A stretch of DNA of 64,000 nt, taken from Tubiluchus corallicola. Taxonomy: Eukaryota > Animalia > Priapulida. How positions within the stretch are numbered: position 1 is the first letter of the stretch; each line of letters starts with the position of its first letter. The translations under genes and the position numbers were made by a program. Location of the stretch: NCBI GenBank assembly GCA_030141605.1, contig JAQGDQ010000664.1, positions 52,455-116,454 of the forward strand, written 5' to 3'. The notes under the pieces were generated by a model. That model had not been told where the DNA came from and made no database searches. It saw only the letters and a program-made list of their open reading frames with translations. Below are positions 52,401 through 64,000 of the stretch, in pieces.

Positions 52401-55400
52401 CTAGGTTGTTGATTGGTTGGTTAGTGATAATTATTGTTGGTAGTTCTCTAGATGCTGATTTTATCTAGTTGACTGCTTTGTTCCATAGCTTGTTTCCTAG
52501 GTTGTTCGGCTGATTAACAGATTGGTTGGCCTGCTTCCTGGTTAACCAGTATGATTTCATAATGATAATGATTGTGGCGAAAAAATAAATAAAGTTCAAT
52601 AATTACTGCTAGACACTCACTTGTTGCTCTTGGTAATTTCTGTATACGACCTAAAATGCAGTATATATATTCAGTTCTGTTAAGACTATATACCCTGGTT
52701 GTTGGCATCCTTCTGTCTCGGAAGACAATGGAGTGTGCGCCAAGAGAGTCAGTTATTGATCACATTGATGGAGCTGCAGCATCGACTGTGGCTGAGCAAT
52801 CCTATCCTTGAACCACTGGAGTGGCTTCTCTAGGGCGCACGTCTGGGCAAGGTGTATGGAGATCCTGAGTTGCCCAGACAACAGGAACCCCCTCTCTTCC
52901 TCTCTGGTGTAGTCCAAAGGAAAGCGGAGCGATACGTTTGGCACCCGGTTGGCTGCAGGAGCTGCCGAGTTAGTGAGCATGCTGCACTGGTCCGCCTTCG
53001 GGGCACCACTCCTGATTTGGAAGGTTTTCTCCTCTACACATGGCCGTTGGGTCACTTGACCTCCTCGGCCCTCTAGCCGTTGGTTGCTTCTGCAGCTCCT
53101 CCGCCTAGTGTCGAGATACAGTGTGGGCATACTGCAAGCTCTTGCGAGCGTTTAGAACGACTTTCCCTTGGTTTTAATAATTTTATGATTTCGTAAATGT
53201 ATGCAATAATTCCTATGTAATTTAAGGCAATGTACGCCATACCGTGATAAACTGGATTGTAATATGAAATTTTCATGAATATGCCTACATCAATACGTGT
53301 CGTAGTGTGAACATTAATTGAGGTTACTTTTTTATTAATGACGTCTAGTGCATAGCAATGAAAAATGTGAAATGGAAATATGCGTATTATATTGTAATAA
53401 ATTGATTAATATTTTTCCCGCTTAATTCAAGACTTTGTGTATGAACATATGGCTAAACGTAATTCCACTGTTTCTACTAACATTTTTTGTGTGTGATGTT
53501 TCTTCTCTGAAATTTCCTCAGTCTAATGAAGCCAGTCTTCCAGACAATGCTTAGGCATAAAAATCTATGTATTATATAGGTTTAATAATACATTTAGTCA
53601 ACAATTTCGTGAGACGGTTGGCGGTGCTGCGGCGGCTGCCTTCCTCCACCCTCCGACTTCTACCAAAAATTAGATTTTTTAAACAGCATATCCAACTCCA
53701 AATATACCACTACGGCACTGATTACTGACCACTGATTTTAACATTTCGACACGATTTTTTTCTTACTAACTCGTGGTTGAACTATCTTTAGCATGTACTA
53801 ACAATCATTGTTGAATTTACATAAATGACTGATTGCTCTTTCAGACCGTAAAATTTCAGTGATTACTCAAAGCAACTTTTGTGCAACAAGAATTGTACAC
53901 GTGCAGACGTGTGTGTAGCACGTGCATGTGTTAAATTTTTCTTATTAAATATTACAGAGACCGCGACCATCCAACTTTCAAGCCGACTACGTACTTTGAT
54001 TATTTTGTTTATCTGCATTACTACGCAGCAAGGGAGCCTGTAGACTACAAGGGTAAGAGAGGCATTGATCTACCAGGTCGATACCACCCATTGGACTATG
54101 CTCACTTTGGGCCAGGCTTTCCCTCATGGCATAGGTGTGTGTATTTTTCAGAATAAAAAACATTTTTAAAAATAATATCATTGTCCCCAAATTTATATCA
54201 CTCCCTCAAGGTAACACGATATTCAATCGACATCATATGTCATTCTTTCGATATATTATATTATTTTTTGGCATTGTACATGAGCGTCACATTTTGTACC
54301 CTCACCGCCGTTTATTGTTTCTTTGAATTCCTTCACCAATTCCTTGTGCCATTCCCTCGCTATCATACATCATTTCCCTGACATCCTACGTCGTTCCTCG
54401 GTCCTAGCCTGCATCGTCATTCCTTTATTAGCCTTGGATGTTGCGGGAATGATATAGGATATCAAACAAAGCATATAGCTTGCTGTATATATAATTTTAT
54501 TCGGGCTTATTGCATGTCATAGCAGTGTAACTCATAAATATTTTCTACTCATTATTTACAAGAATATTTACATCAGTCAATACGAAATTTGACGATTTTC
54601 TTCGTGCGAAAGAGCAGGTATCACCTTCATTAAGCCAGTAAAGCTCGTAAGCAATTAGTAATATCACAGTGATTTATATCAGAAATGTTTTGTGTGACAA
54701 ATATCCTATTTACTGCAAGGGTTGAACAAGTAAAGTTTACGTTGAGAAGGAGCAGTGTCTTTATCAATTTATACATGCCAACAATTTAAATGTTCTTTTA
54801 GCTATTAAAAGTTCAAAAGAGGAAGCTTTAAAAATCATTATTATCATGATAGAATGCTCGTTATGTGGAATCGACAATCATCAATTATACACTTTTGTCA
54901 GCTAAGTTAAAATCTTGGCTGCCAAGGGACAAAGTCTTACCTCAAAGGAACAAAATATTTTTTCTCACTTTCTGAGCGCTCAGTTTTTCTGGTCCGGATG
55001 ATCTGTAATTGCATTTTTTATCATAGGTTGTTCCTGCTAAAGATGGAAAGGATTCTACAGAAATTATCTGGCAATCCTAAGCTGACGATCCCTTATTGGG
55101 ACTGGGTAGGGGATGGAGCAGACTGCTCTGTGTGTACTGATAGGTACCGAAAACAATCATCATTTTTATGTCATTGTATTACTTTTCACTGTTCACATTG
55201 TTTTCATTGTTTTTTAGAAACGCTACAATACAACCTTCCATCTTTTTCTTTTATGTCAACATTAGAGTCGTCTGCTATGGTCACCATCAGCTCACTGTAT
55301 TTTTCGTCTTCCTTTTTAGGCCTACTTCACGCCTTTGTAGAATTTTTTTATTAAGTTCCACGTTCTGATGTTGTAAAACCATTTTATGATCACTTGCAGG

Positions 55401-58400
55401 TATTTTGGCGAGAATGACGATCACGGCTTTCTTAGCAAAGAATCCGGTTTCGCTGATTTTGAGTTGGTTTGCTCTAATGCCACAGAAACAATACGCAAAA
55501 CCGGGGAAATTTGCAATGTTGAAAAGAAAACAGGTAACAGGCAAAGCGAAACTAGTCACTGAAGCAGTTTAGCTTATTTCATTTTATTATATTTGTTGTG
55601 CAATTTTTAATTCTTTAAGATGCCCATTCTTAGTAAGAATGTAAGGTATAATTGGACCTCACACACAGTTTACGCACAGCTAAATTGTCTTTTATTTGTG
55701 CCTTTGCACCCAAACAGAGATAACTGTTTGTTTTTTTTAATTATAAATAAACAACCAGTCACCTCCACTTGATGAACTATAGCTATTTTTCAGGGTTACT
55801 AAAAAGGCGATCCCAGGTTTCGCCTGGAGCTGAGATACTGCCAACACTGGAAGATGCCGCTGCTTGCATGAATCTACCCGTCTACGACAATCCGCCTTAC
55901 AACGCAAGCTCCCCCTTTCCCGGGTTCCGAAATTGTCTAGACGGTTTTGTGAATAAAGATAATAAGTTGGTTGTCGTCGACGGTGTGCCCATAACAATGC
56001 ATGGACAAGTGAGTATTATGAGATCAGTTTATGAAATAAAACTTCATTTTAAATTTATTAGAAAATTCACATCACTTAGCTTAATTCATGATAAAAACCG
56101 GAAATGTAGATTGCTCGAACGTAGAAGTCATTACATTACAGATAATTATTAAGACCCAAAGTCAGCCATAGCAAAGCAATTAATAGGTATAGAAAAATAT
56201 CAAGCATCGTTAGGGTAAGTATTAGAAACTAGAAAATGATCAAATTGGCTGTTGAGAGTATAGAAAGTAATAGCACAAAGAAAGCGAGCAAAGTTTGCAT
56301 ATTCTCAATGCTTGCATACTCTTAGTTACTTCATAGTTATCTTAATCTTCTGTGTTCACATCGACTCTGCTCATTACTATCTATGTCTGATACTCGGAGG
56401 GGGGGGGGGGGGCACTGCAAGACACAAGTTTTTCATGCTAAAAGCTGTTGCTCTTTATGGACATTTGCTAAACTAGGAGTCCCGTGGAGCATTTTTTACA
56501 GATGCGGTGTTTTGCAGTTACCTGGGAGGGGCTCAGAGCTAAAATCTTGATCTCTAGTCGCTGGTCGTTACTACTGAACGATATGTCAGACGCAAGACGC
56601 TTTGTCAGTGCAAGTACACATGGCATTTAAAGAACCTTTTACCATTATTTTATTAGCGTATCTGATATGTATAGAAAGCGTTCAAAGAAACCCATAAAAC
56701 TTCAAAAAAGAGCATTGGACATAGTCGAAACGAGCAAAAAAAGTTGTGAAAAAAGAATATGTTTGGAATAATGTTAGTGCATTGCCTAAGCAAAACTGAC
56801 TGTAAGATACGACTTTACAGGTACATGCTTACTTCTTTGACGCTCTGGGAGAATTACCAGCAGCTGCAAATGATCCAATTTTTTACCTGCATCACGGTAA
56901 TGTTGATCGGCTATTTGAAGCCTGGTTAAGAGCACACGACTCCAAATCTTCACAGGTATAATACGTTGATATAAGGTAGGGCAGTGATGTAACAGATGGA
57001 ACAGTATAATAAGTAGTAGCTTTTGACGACCACAAAGTGTGATCATAAGCATCACAAGTTATTATCGTTCTCAGTCAGATTTAATCGTATAATATTGAAT
57101 GACTTTGTGCTTTGACAAGTCGGGATCACATTTTCGATGCTTTGTTATGTTATCATTGACGTTTTGATCGAAGAATGTTAACATATTTTTTGGTAAAAGA
57201 CAGTAGTCAGTTGTCATAACTACGTTCATTAAGTCTGGTTGTTTTTTAAGTCAATTTAAGTTGTTTTCAACCTCGGCGTTTATATTTGAGAACCACAACT
57301 ATTATATGTGTGTGTTAAAGACAGTCGTTTCACTGTCCTTTGATTACATTCACACAAATATTGTAGATGCACGAACAGGTAAATGCCTGGCAAACTACAA
57401 AGAGTCATATGAACTACGTCATTAGAATTTTCCTTAGAATTTCATTTCGCCAACCCTGTTGAACAAGTTTACTTTCGTAACAGGGCACATACCCAAGATG
57501 GCAAGCCCCACCAGGACACAACTGGCGCAGTTACATGGTTCCATACTTCCCAGTTGAAACAAATAGTGATTACTTTGACACTTCAGACAAATTTGGATAC
57601 ACTTATGATAGCTATGGTAAGTAGACACTATTAGCAATGGTCTGCACTTCCTTTAGTAAGTATTAAACAATGCCCATATTTATGATAATGCGTGCACAGT
57701 TTGAAAAAAATACTTATGCCGTTTGATAATTGTGATGTTGATGTAGCAAATGTTGTGGTAATTTTAGTTACAGTCCGAAAGATAGCTATTAGTCTATGAA
57801 ACAACTTGGTTTAGATATTAGCTTGGCGACTTGGTTGGTAGACTGGACTTTTATTGTTGGCTTATGCTAGTGATTCTTCTCATTCACATTTGGACCAGAC
57901 AGCTCTTCCAAGAAACAAATTTAACAGTTCCTGCTAGTTTAGCTAGGAACATCAGTTGAAGCCATTTGCAGTACGAGGAATTACCAACACCCATGCAAAA
58001 AAATAAAGGAGTGGTTCCTAGCTTAGAGTTCCTGTTGGCTTAACGGGGTAAAAATAGCAAGACGGAATAATAAAACATCTTTCTAAACTGTAAAGGGTAT
58101 CTTGCAAATCGTGCTGTGTGAATGCAAAAGGCAGTTCTTTAATATTCTTTACTTATGACAGCCACTGCTCCTGATCTAGAAGAAACATTATCAGGTTCGT
58201 GGAATCAAAATGCCAACTTGAAGACGTCACAAAATGAAGTTTCTAGTTCTTCACCTGGTAAGTGAATCTAACTGATCAAAAATTTATGACTAATGTGACC
58301 AGCTTTTCTCTGTTAAAGCTAATGCTCTTAATTTTGTATAGTTTTTGAGATTATTGGTTGTAACTCTTTGTGGATTTAAATATTGAATTGGGAATTTGAT

Positions 58401-58662
58401 GATCTAGTATATTAATTTATCTACATTTTTTGTGGTACTAGACAGAAAACTCGCTTCATTAATGGCCTTGATTTTAGCACTCAGTTTAATACTCCTTGTT
58501 TAACATCACTGTAAATAATGTTACATGCACAAATTAAAAAAGCTAATTACAGAATGTGCAACATGTAATATTGTAGAATTCACTCTGTCCAGTGTCTATA
58601 TAAAATTGTATAATGTTAGTACAGAAGTTTTTGCCTGCAAAAACAGATGCTAACAAACACTT

Positions 58663-58732
<70 letters not shown>

Positions 58733-60602
58733 CCACCATCATCATCAACAATAATGCTCTCAGGCCTGATCTCAAGAATGATAATAGGCCTGTACGCCTG
58801 TTATGCAGTATATGGGACTAATTCTAGGGAATAATGTAATCAATTCTTTTTACATAAACTACGTATAACGTTGCATAGTACGTGGGTTTCTCAATTAACA
58901 GGGTACCCACCTTAGACTGTCCTAACAGGGGAGTTCCTAATGTAGACAAATGGGGTGAATCTGCAATCTAGATAATTATTAAGGATAATCCTCTAAGATG
59001 AGAAACTGATCCAGCAGACGTGCCTTTGTCATGTTTGGATGCATAGGTGCACAGCTTCCCTAAACAAGGTAAACTGTAGAGGCAGTACGGGTGAAAGACT
59101 GCCCAGGAAAGAATATTCCTGATGGCTGTTTATCCATTTATCCCCCCCCCCCCGCCTTTGTGTTGCTTAAAGCACAAAAAACACTCTTCACAAATAAAGA
59201 TTAATACACTCGTCCTGGAAGCAAATAAGTCACTTTCAATCTGTCTTATTGCATACAATGGTCGGATTATAGCAGTAACGCTGTATAAAACTTGTAAATT
59301 TAAACTCCCGCAATGACCATCAGGCACAAACTGCTAAGCATAATGTAGCTTATTGTACAAAGTACGCGATTGTTTGTATTATTTGTAAAGTTCAATTAAT
59401 AGTATACTACGTTGAAGTATTGAAATGATGTATGCTGCCACCTACAGGCCTTTTTGGCACATTGTATACAGTTTATCAGGAATGAGTTTATTAAGTCTCT
59501 AAGTGTTTTTCCCTTTCCCTTTAAGTTTGATTAGTGGCCTAATTAAATTATTAATTTTATTCTTGGAGAGAAAGTCACCATTTGACTAGTTAAATACTAG
59601 AAAACATAAGACAGCTCTTTCTCTTCAATAATCTTTATTCTGCTTAATGAAGCCAAGTACACTTTGATATTGATGTGTCTGTTAGTCCGTAGAGTACATG
59701 CGACCTAGCCATTTATAGTCTGTGTGCATTAATATGATGTGCCTTCCATCAGGAACTTGAATCTCTAGTCATGTGATTTACAGCTCAATTCTCTCAAGGC
59801 ATGCAAGTTTAGTTGATCAAAAGACAGCAATGTCAAAGGTTATGTTTTTGAGTGCAAGGTTTTCTCAATAAATTGTTTGTTGCTTTTATAACTACTGTGT
59901 GTGGAGAAAATTTTTATGGCAACGAAACAAGTTATACAGTTATTCTACATTCCACCATCAGTAAGAACTCAGGTCAATATTTCACCATAGGGAAAATAGC
60001 AAGCAGAATACAAAATTTCTACACATAATGCTAAATAATATTACTTTGTATGGAACGTTCGTTGGGATATATTTTAAATTTTGCTTTCCTTGCCCTTTAA
60101 CTTTGGTGACAAAGCATACACCATGACCAATTTCAAAATATTTAGTCACATTGCACGATGTACTAAGCAGCAGTTGTTGGAATGGGCGACAGTTGATGGA
60201 ATAGTTGATGGTTCAGCCAATACGACATTTGTTCGCAAAACGATTAGACTATCGGCAGAATATAATTAGGGGGTACGGATCTAGTTAAACGTAGGGCGTC
60301 TGCACATGCATCAAGACTGTGCATTGACGATATAAGCTTAGTTTGAAAGAGTTGGGTAAATGAAGGCTTACAATTGGCTCTTTTAGTGTTGGTACAATTA
60401 TTTTTATTTAATGGCTGTTTATTTTGGCTCTCTAGGTCGCATTTGGGCGCTTGTGTTTGTTGGTGTCTTATCTGTCGCCGCTGTCGCTGCAGCTGTGACT
60501 ACCGGCATCAAACGAGCGAGAGCTACACTGAGAAGTCGACGTGGATACACCTACGTACCTGTTCCACAAGAAGTTCAGAAAACATACGGCACAGTGAGCT
60601 AG
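49433..60602 (+). CDS. Type-I membrane tyrosinase-family protein (TYR/TYRP1/DCT-like), 556 aa, 11 exons
   Basis: Exons 49433-49601, 50725-50875, 51759-51935, 53958-54134, 55027-55143, 55400-55533, 55794-56008, 56821-56955, 57484-57616, 58162-58257, 60436-60602; all GT-AG and phase-consistent. Signal peptide then QFPVVC; Cys-rich EGF-like region (CGGPSRGHC, DRYAWP, CYCNSNYYGYDCSECKFGYTGKNC); site A FVYLHYY and DYAHFGPGFPSWHR; IPYWDW; site B MHGQVH and ANDPIFYLHH; APPGHN..YMVPYFP; GYTYD; TM helix; tail with YTYV and YGTV. Confidence 0.95.
52155..52405. repeat. 57-58 bp minisatellite, about 4 copies
   Basis: TTAGTCGGTGGTCAGA(A)GTTGATTATTTGATA repeats four times in tyrosinase intron 3. Confidence 0.9.
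52697..53160 (-). mobile_element. RTE/BovB 5'-UTR-like non-autonomous element
   Basis: GC-rich island; the minus strand carries GGCAGCTCCTGCAGCCAACCGGGTGCCAAACGTATCGCTCCGCTTTCCTTTGGACT and ends GACAGAAGGATGCCAACAAC; related to 28515-28870. Confidence 0.55.
58663..58748. repeat. (TCA)n microsatellite
   Basis: Direct reading. Confidence 0.95.
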
Positions 60603-61304
60603 ACGGGACGGGAGTTATAGTTGCACGCATCTTCTGGTTGAACTTTGATCGGGAAAAATTCATTAAGTTTGGCAGATATTATATGAGAAACTGGTTTTCT
60701 TATAATCTACAAATGTAGTACAGTAATAAGTAGAAAGTAAGATTTTAAACTATACTCATCGCTTTGCTATATTAGGTGTGAAAATGTCTCCAATATGCGA
60801 AAGGGCAATCCAACATCATCAGATGTACTTGCTGAAATGCTGGATTTTTAAATAAATCGCCGAAAAGCAGACGTTACTTACACATTACATTGTTCCCCTT
60901 CGCATGAAAATTTCTATAAATTTGCGTGAAACAATTGCTGTTAAAGAAGTATAAGCATTCAGAACTAAGCTTGCCATATCATTTTGGATAATGGCGTTGT
61001 GTATTAGCAGAATTGTCAAACTTAGTTATCCGTGCAATAGCAGCTCAGTTGCTTAGATTAGCTCAGTGTAGCAATTATTGCCATTGAGTGAAAAGATAAT
61101 GATCTGAAATCATTTTTGAATTCAAACTGCTTAAACTGTGTCGACTGAGAAGAATTACAGCACTTTAATGGTCGTGCTGCTTTAATTGAATTTGTTTTAG
61201 ACGGTGTTTTGTAGTCTTTGTAATGAATTTTTTTTTATATAATAAACTAAGATAAAAACTTCAGCCGCTAATCGAACGCAATGTTGATAAACTTACAGAT
61301 AGAT

Positions 61305-61412
61305 GAATGGTTGGATGGATGGATGGATGGATGGATGGATGGATGGATGGATGGATGGATGGACGGACAGACAGACAGACAGACAAACAGACAAACAGAC
61401 AGACAGACAGAC
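61305..61412. repeat. (GGAT)n(AGAC)n compound microsatellite
   Basis: Direct reading. Confidence 0.95.
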
Positions 61413-61873
61413 ATATAGATATAGTTTACTCTTTAAAGACATAATTCACGTAAGATTACATAACAATCAAATATAAATTTTTAGACACTACTATAACACA
61501 AAAATTACGATAAAAACATTTAGAATTTTATGCCATTTTAAAAAAGCTACTGCCACATAAAACACAATAAAACATACGAAACTCCATTATACAAAATTTC
61601 ATAATTTTAAGTTATTACCGCAGCAGATGTGGATATAATACAGTACTGAGATTCGTTGCCATATTAAGATAATATCAAATATCTTTATTGCCAACGATAC
61701 CGTTAAGTCAATTTTTGAAGAAAAAACGTGGCCTAACTAATAAATAACTACTGTACAATTTTTAGTACTACTACTTGCTACAACTTAAATTACTCAAACA
61801 ACTATGTTAACACAGCAAGGTTTCATAAGGTGTTTACTGCAGTCTCTACAAGTTAAAGAAAGATGCAGCCTGC

Positions 61874-62170
61874 TTGCTACAAGTGAAAGAGATATTGAGA
61901 AATAAAACGTCACATACTTCTCGTCAGTATAGCACAAGTATTTCTGTTGATGAGCTACAGGATGCAGAAAAGACTCTCATAAAGCACGTGCAACACAAAT
62001 ATTTTTCTCAAGAACTGAAGTCTCTTAAAACTGGTAGCCAGATTGCGAAATCAAGCAAGCTGATAAAGCTGAATCTCCAGGTTTTCCAAGATGGCTTACT
62101 CCACATATATGGACGCCTGAAACATGCCACCATTGAGAAAGAAACAAAGTATCCTATCATCTTTCTATCG
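61874..62170 (+). mobile_element. BEL/Pao LTR-retrotransposon pol remnant
   Basis: SISVDELQDAEKTLIKHVQHKYFSQELKSL...SKLIKLN...DGLLHIYGRLKHA...KYPII matches the BEL/Pao segment between RNase H and integrase (DGLLRVGGRL...KHPIILP pattern); no LTRs or other domains nearby. Confidence 0.85.
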
Positions 62171-62807
62171 TGTTTTGCTGTGTTAACAACTACTACTTAT
62201 AAATAACGACTAATAACTAATCAATTTCTACTAACCCATCCTACCTATTCTTGCCTTCAACTTACTCTAACTAATAATACTGCCGGTCTTTTGTTTGTCT
62301 AACCCTTTCCACCCCTCTGTCAAAATGCACAAGGTCCTCTTTAATTAAGGCAGGCAAAGGAAACATTATTTATTACGTGTATTGTGTAGAAATTAAGTAG
62401 GTTGGATAAATTTCGTAAAAATATTTTGTTTGAAGTGGAAATAAATATTACAAAATTACAGAAAATTACAAATAACTTTATAAAATGCTCGAAATGGAAT
62501 TACAAAAATAAATTTGTGGAACAATAATAACAACTACGCGTGAATACATAATTGCAAACATCTAAGTCTCTATACGTGGCCTGGCTGTACGACTGAGTTT
62601 GCGTCATTGTTGTAGAATGGCCTCTACAAGTGCAATAGGCCTGAATAGATAAGCGAAAAATGTAAACAGTTCATGAAGGCTAAGGGTGACTTAGCCGCAA
62701 GCGAAAACTGTTATCTCTCATAGTGTACTATAAGCTTAAAGTAATAGAGTATAGTGTAGCTAGTTTTGAAATTACTCTAAAGTTAATCCTCGTCTTTAAT
62801 TACAATT

Positions 62808-62982
62808 ATGGTGCTACGTAAAGCCGTGCTCACACTAGTCTTGTTAATCGTTTATTGTGCTGCGTACTGCACAGCGCAGTTTCCGGTCGTTTGCTTGCAT
62901 AATATAACTGGTCATCGTTCACTTGACAATCCGAGTAGGCATCGAGTTGTGGACAAATATTGCTGCCCATCAGACAGCACTG
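62808..62982 (+). CDS. First exon of a second, tandem tyrosinase-family paralogue (continues beyond the window)
   Basis: MVLRKAVLTLVLLIVYCAAYCTAQFPVVCLHNITGHRSLDNPSRHRVVDKYCCPSDSTG aligns with exon 1 at 49433; same phase-1 donor G|GTAAGT and similar upstream sequence. Confidence 0.9.
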
Positions 62983-64000
62983 GTAAGTCAGTCATGAAGT
63001 TTCTTAACAATCTGATCTTTTTTTCAATCAGTTTATGCTTGCTATGAATTGTGTGCAGCAAGCTAGAACATAAATCTGTAACCTGGCCCAACGAATGCGG
63101 CCAGTTTCTTGTTTAGTCCAAAGTTCACTTTCAAGCTCAGTACATTCTGCTTAAAACAGCCACATAAACAAAACTACTGTCGTACACAATTATCAAATTT
63201 CAGCCCGGGTAAAAGTTAAGAGTTTTCGCCAGAAAAATGCCAAGCAATAATATCCCTTTGTCTTTTCTACGTAAATTCTTTGGTGCAAATTTCATAATGT
63301 TGTAAGCTCGAACGATTTCATGTTGTAGGTGTGAAATAGGTGGCATTTCCCACTATAAGTGCCAATGTAATTGGAGCAAGTTGGAACTGTGCGTAGAGAA
63401 AAATATATGACTTTAAACAAAAGGAAAGTGTAAAACTACTTATGTATTATTGTGGAACCGTGCCAGCAATTTTTTTGGTTGACAATCGCAAATTGGGATT
63501 TTTCCGAAGAATGCAATCCGAATCACTTGTTATACCAAAAATGTTGTATTTTATGAATGACTCAGGTGTTGATTTAAGGATAAGGTACGGTTGTATTCTT
63601 TGCTTTAATTTTAATGTGAAAAGAAAAGTTAAAAAAACATTTTATGAATGTGTAAACAACTGCACGAAACATGGTGGCGGTATGTATAATTATGGATTTC
63701 ATCATCTTTTGTTTTTATAATTACTAACAAAAATCATTTCTTATTGCATTAATTATTTTTACTAAAATTACATTGCTGTATAAAATTTTTATACGAATAA
63801 AAGATCAACAATAATGATAATAATAAAGCAAGCAGACTAGGACATGATCAGTCGGACAGGTATCAGTTTTAAACATGGAATATTTACATGCATTTTTTGA
63901 AAAACGCAGAACATTTCGACGTCTTCTGTGGTCTTTGTCAGTTCAAAGTAATCTTTAATACATTCCTATTTACAAAAAGTACATACGTGACTGAAACGTT

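Overview
AT-rich, intron-rich animal (invertebrate-type) nuclear DNA; no prokaryotic features such as operons or CRISPR arrays. All genes I could reconstruct by hand-splicing lie on the + strand. (1) 1948-31922: a 5'-incomplete 22-exon gene (about 1360 codons in the window) for a long disordered S/K/E-rich protein ending in a coiled coil, tentatively SYCP2-like, with one predicted GC-AG intron. (2) 33892-43830: a 3-exon, about 1765-aa protein with about 15 C2H2-type zinc fingers, two HCF-1-binding motifs and DPY30-binding-like helices. (3) 49433-60602: a complete 11-exon, 556-aa type-I membrane tyrosinase-family gene with all six metal-binding His but unusual second-shell residues. (4) 62808 onward: first exon of a tandem tyrosinase paralogue. 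Introns and intergenic DNA are full of non-autonomous mobile elements (hAT MITEs with 8-bp TSDs, Tc1/mariner MITEs including a nested insertion, a Kolobok-like family, MetaSINE-like tRNA SINEs, RTE-derived elements including a bipartite one with a 19-bp TSD, a BEL/Pao remnant, two decayed minimal-hammerhead motifs), plus a 1.4-kb 19-bp satellite and several mini- and microsatellites. I found no convincing novel multi-gene system; family assignments come from motif recognition, not database searches.
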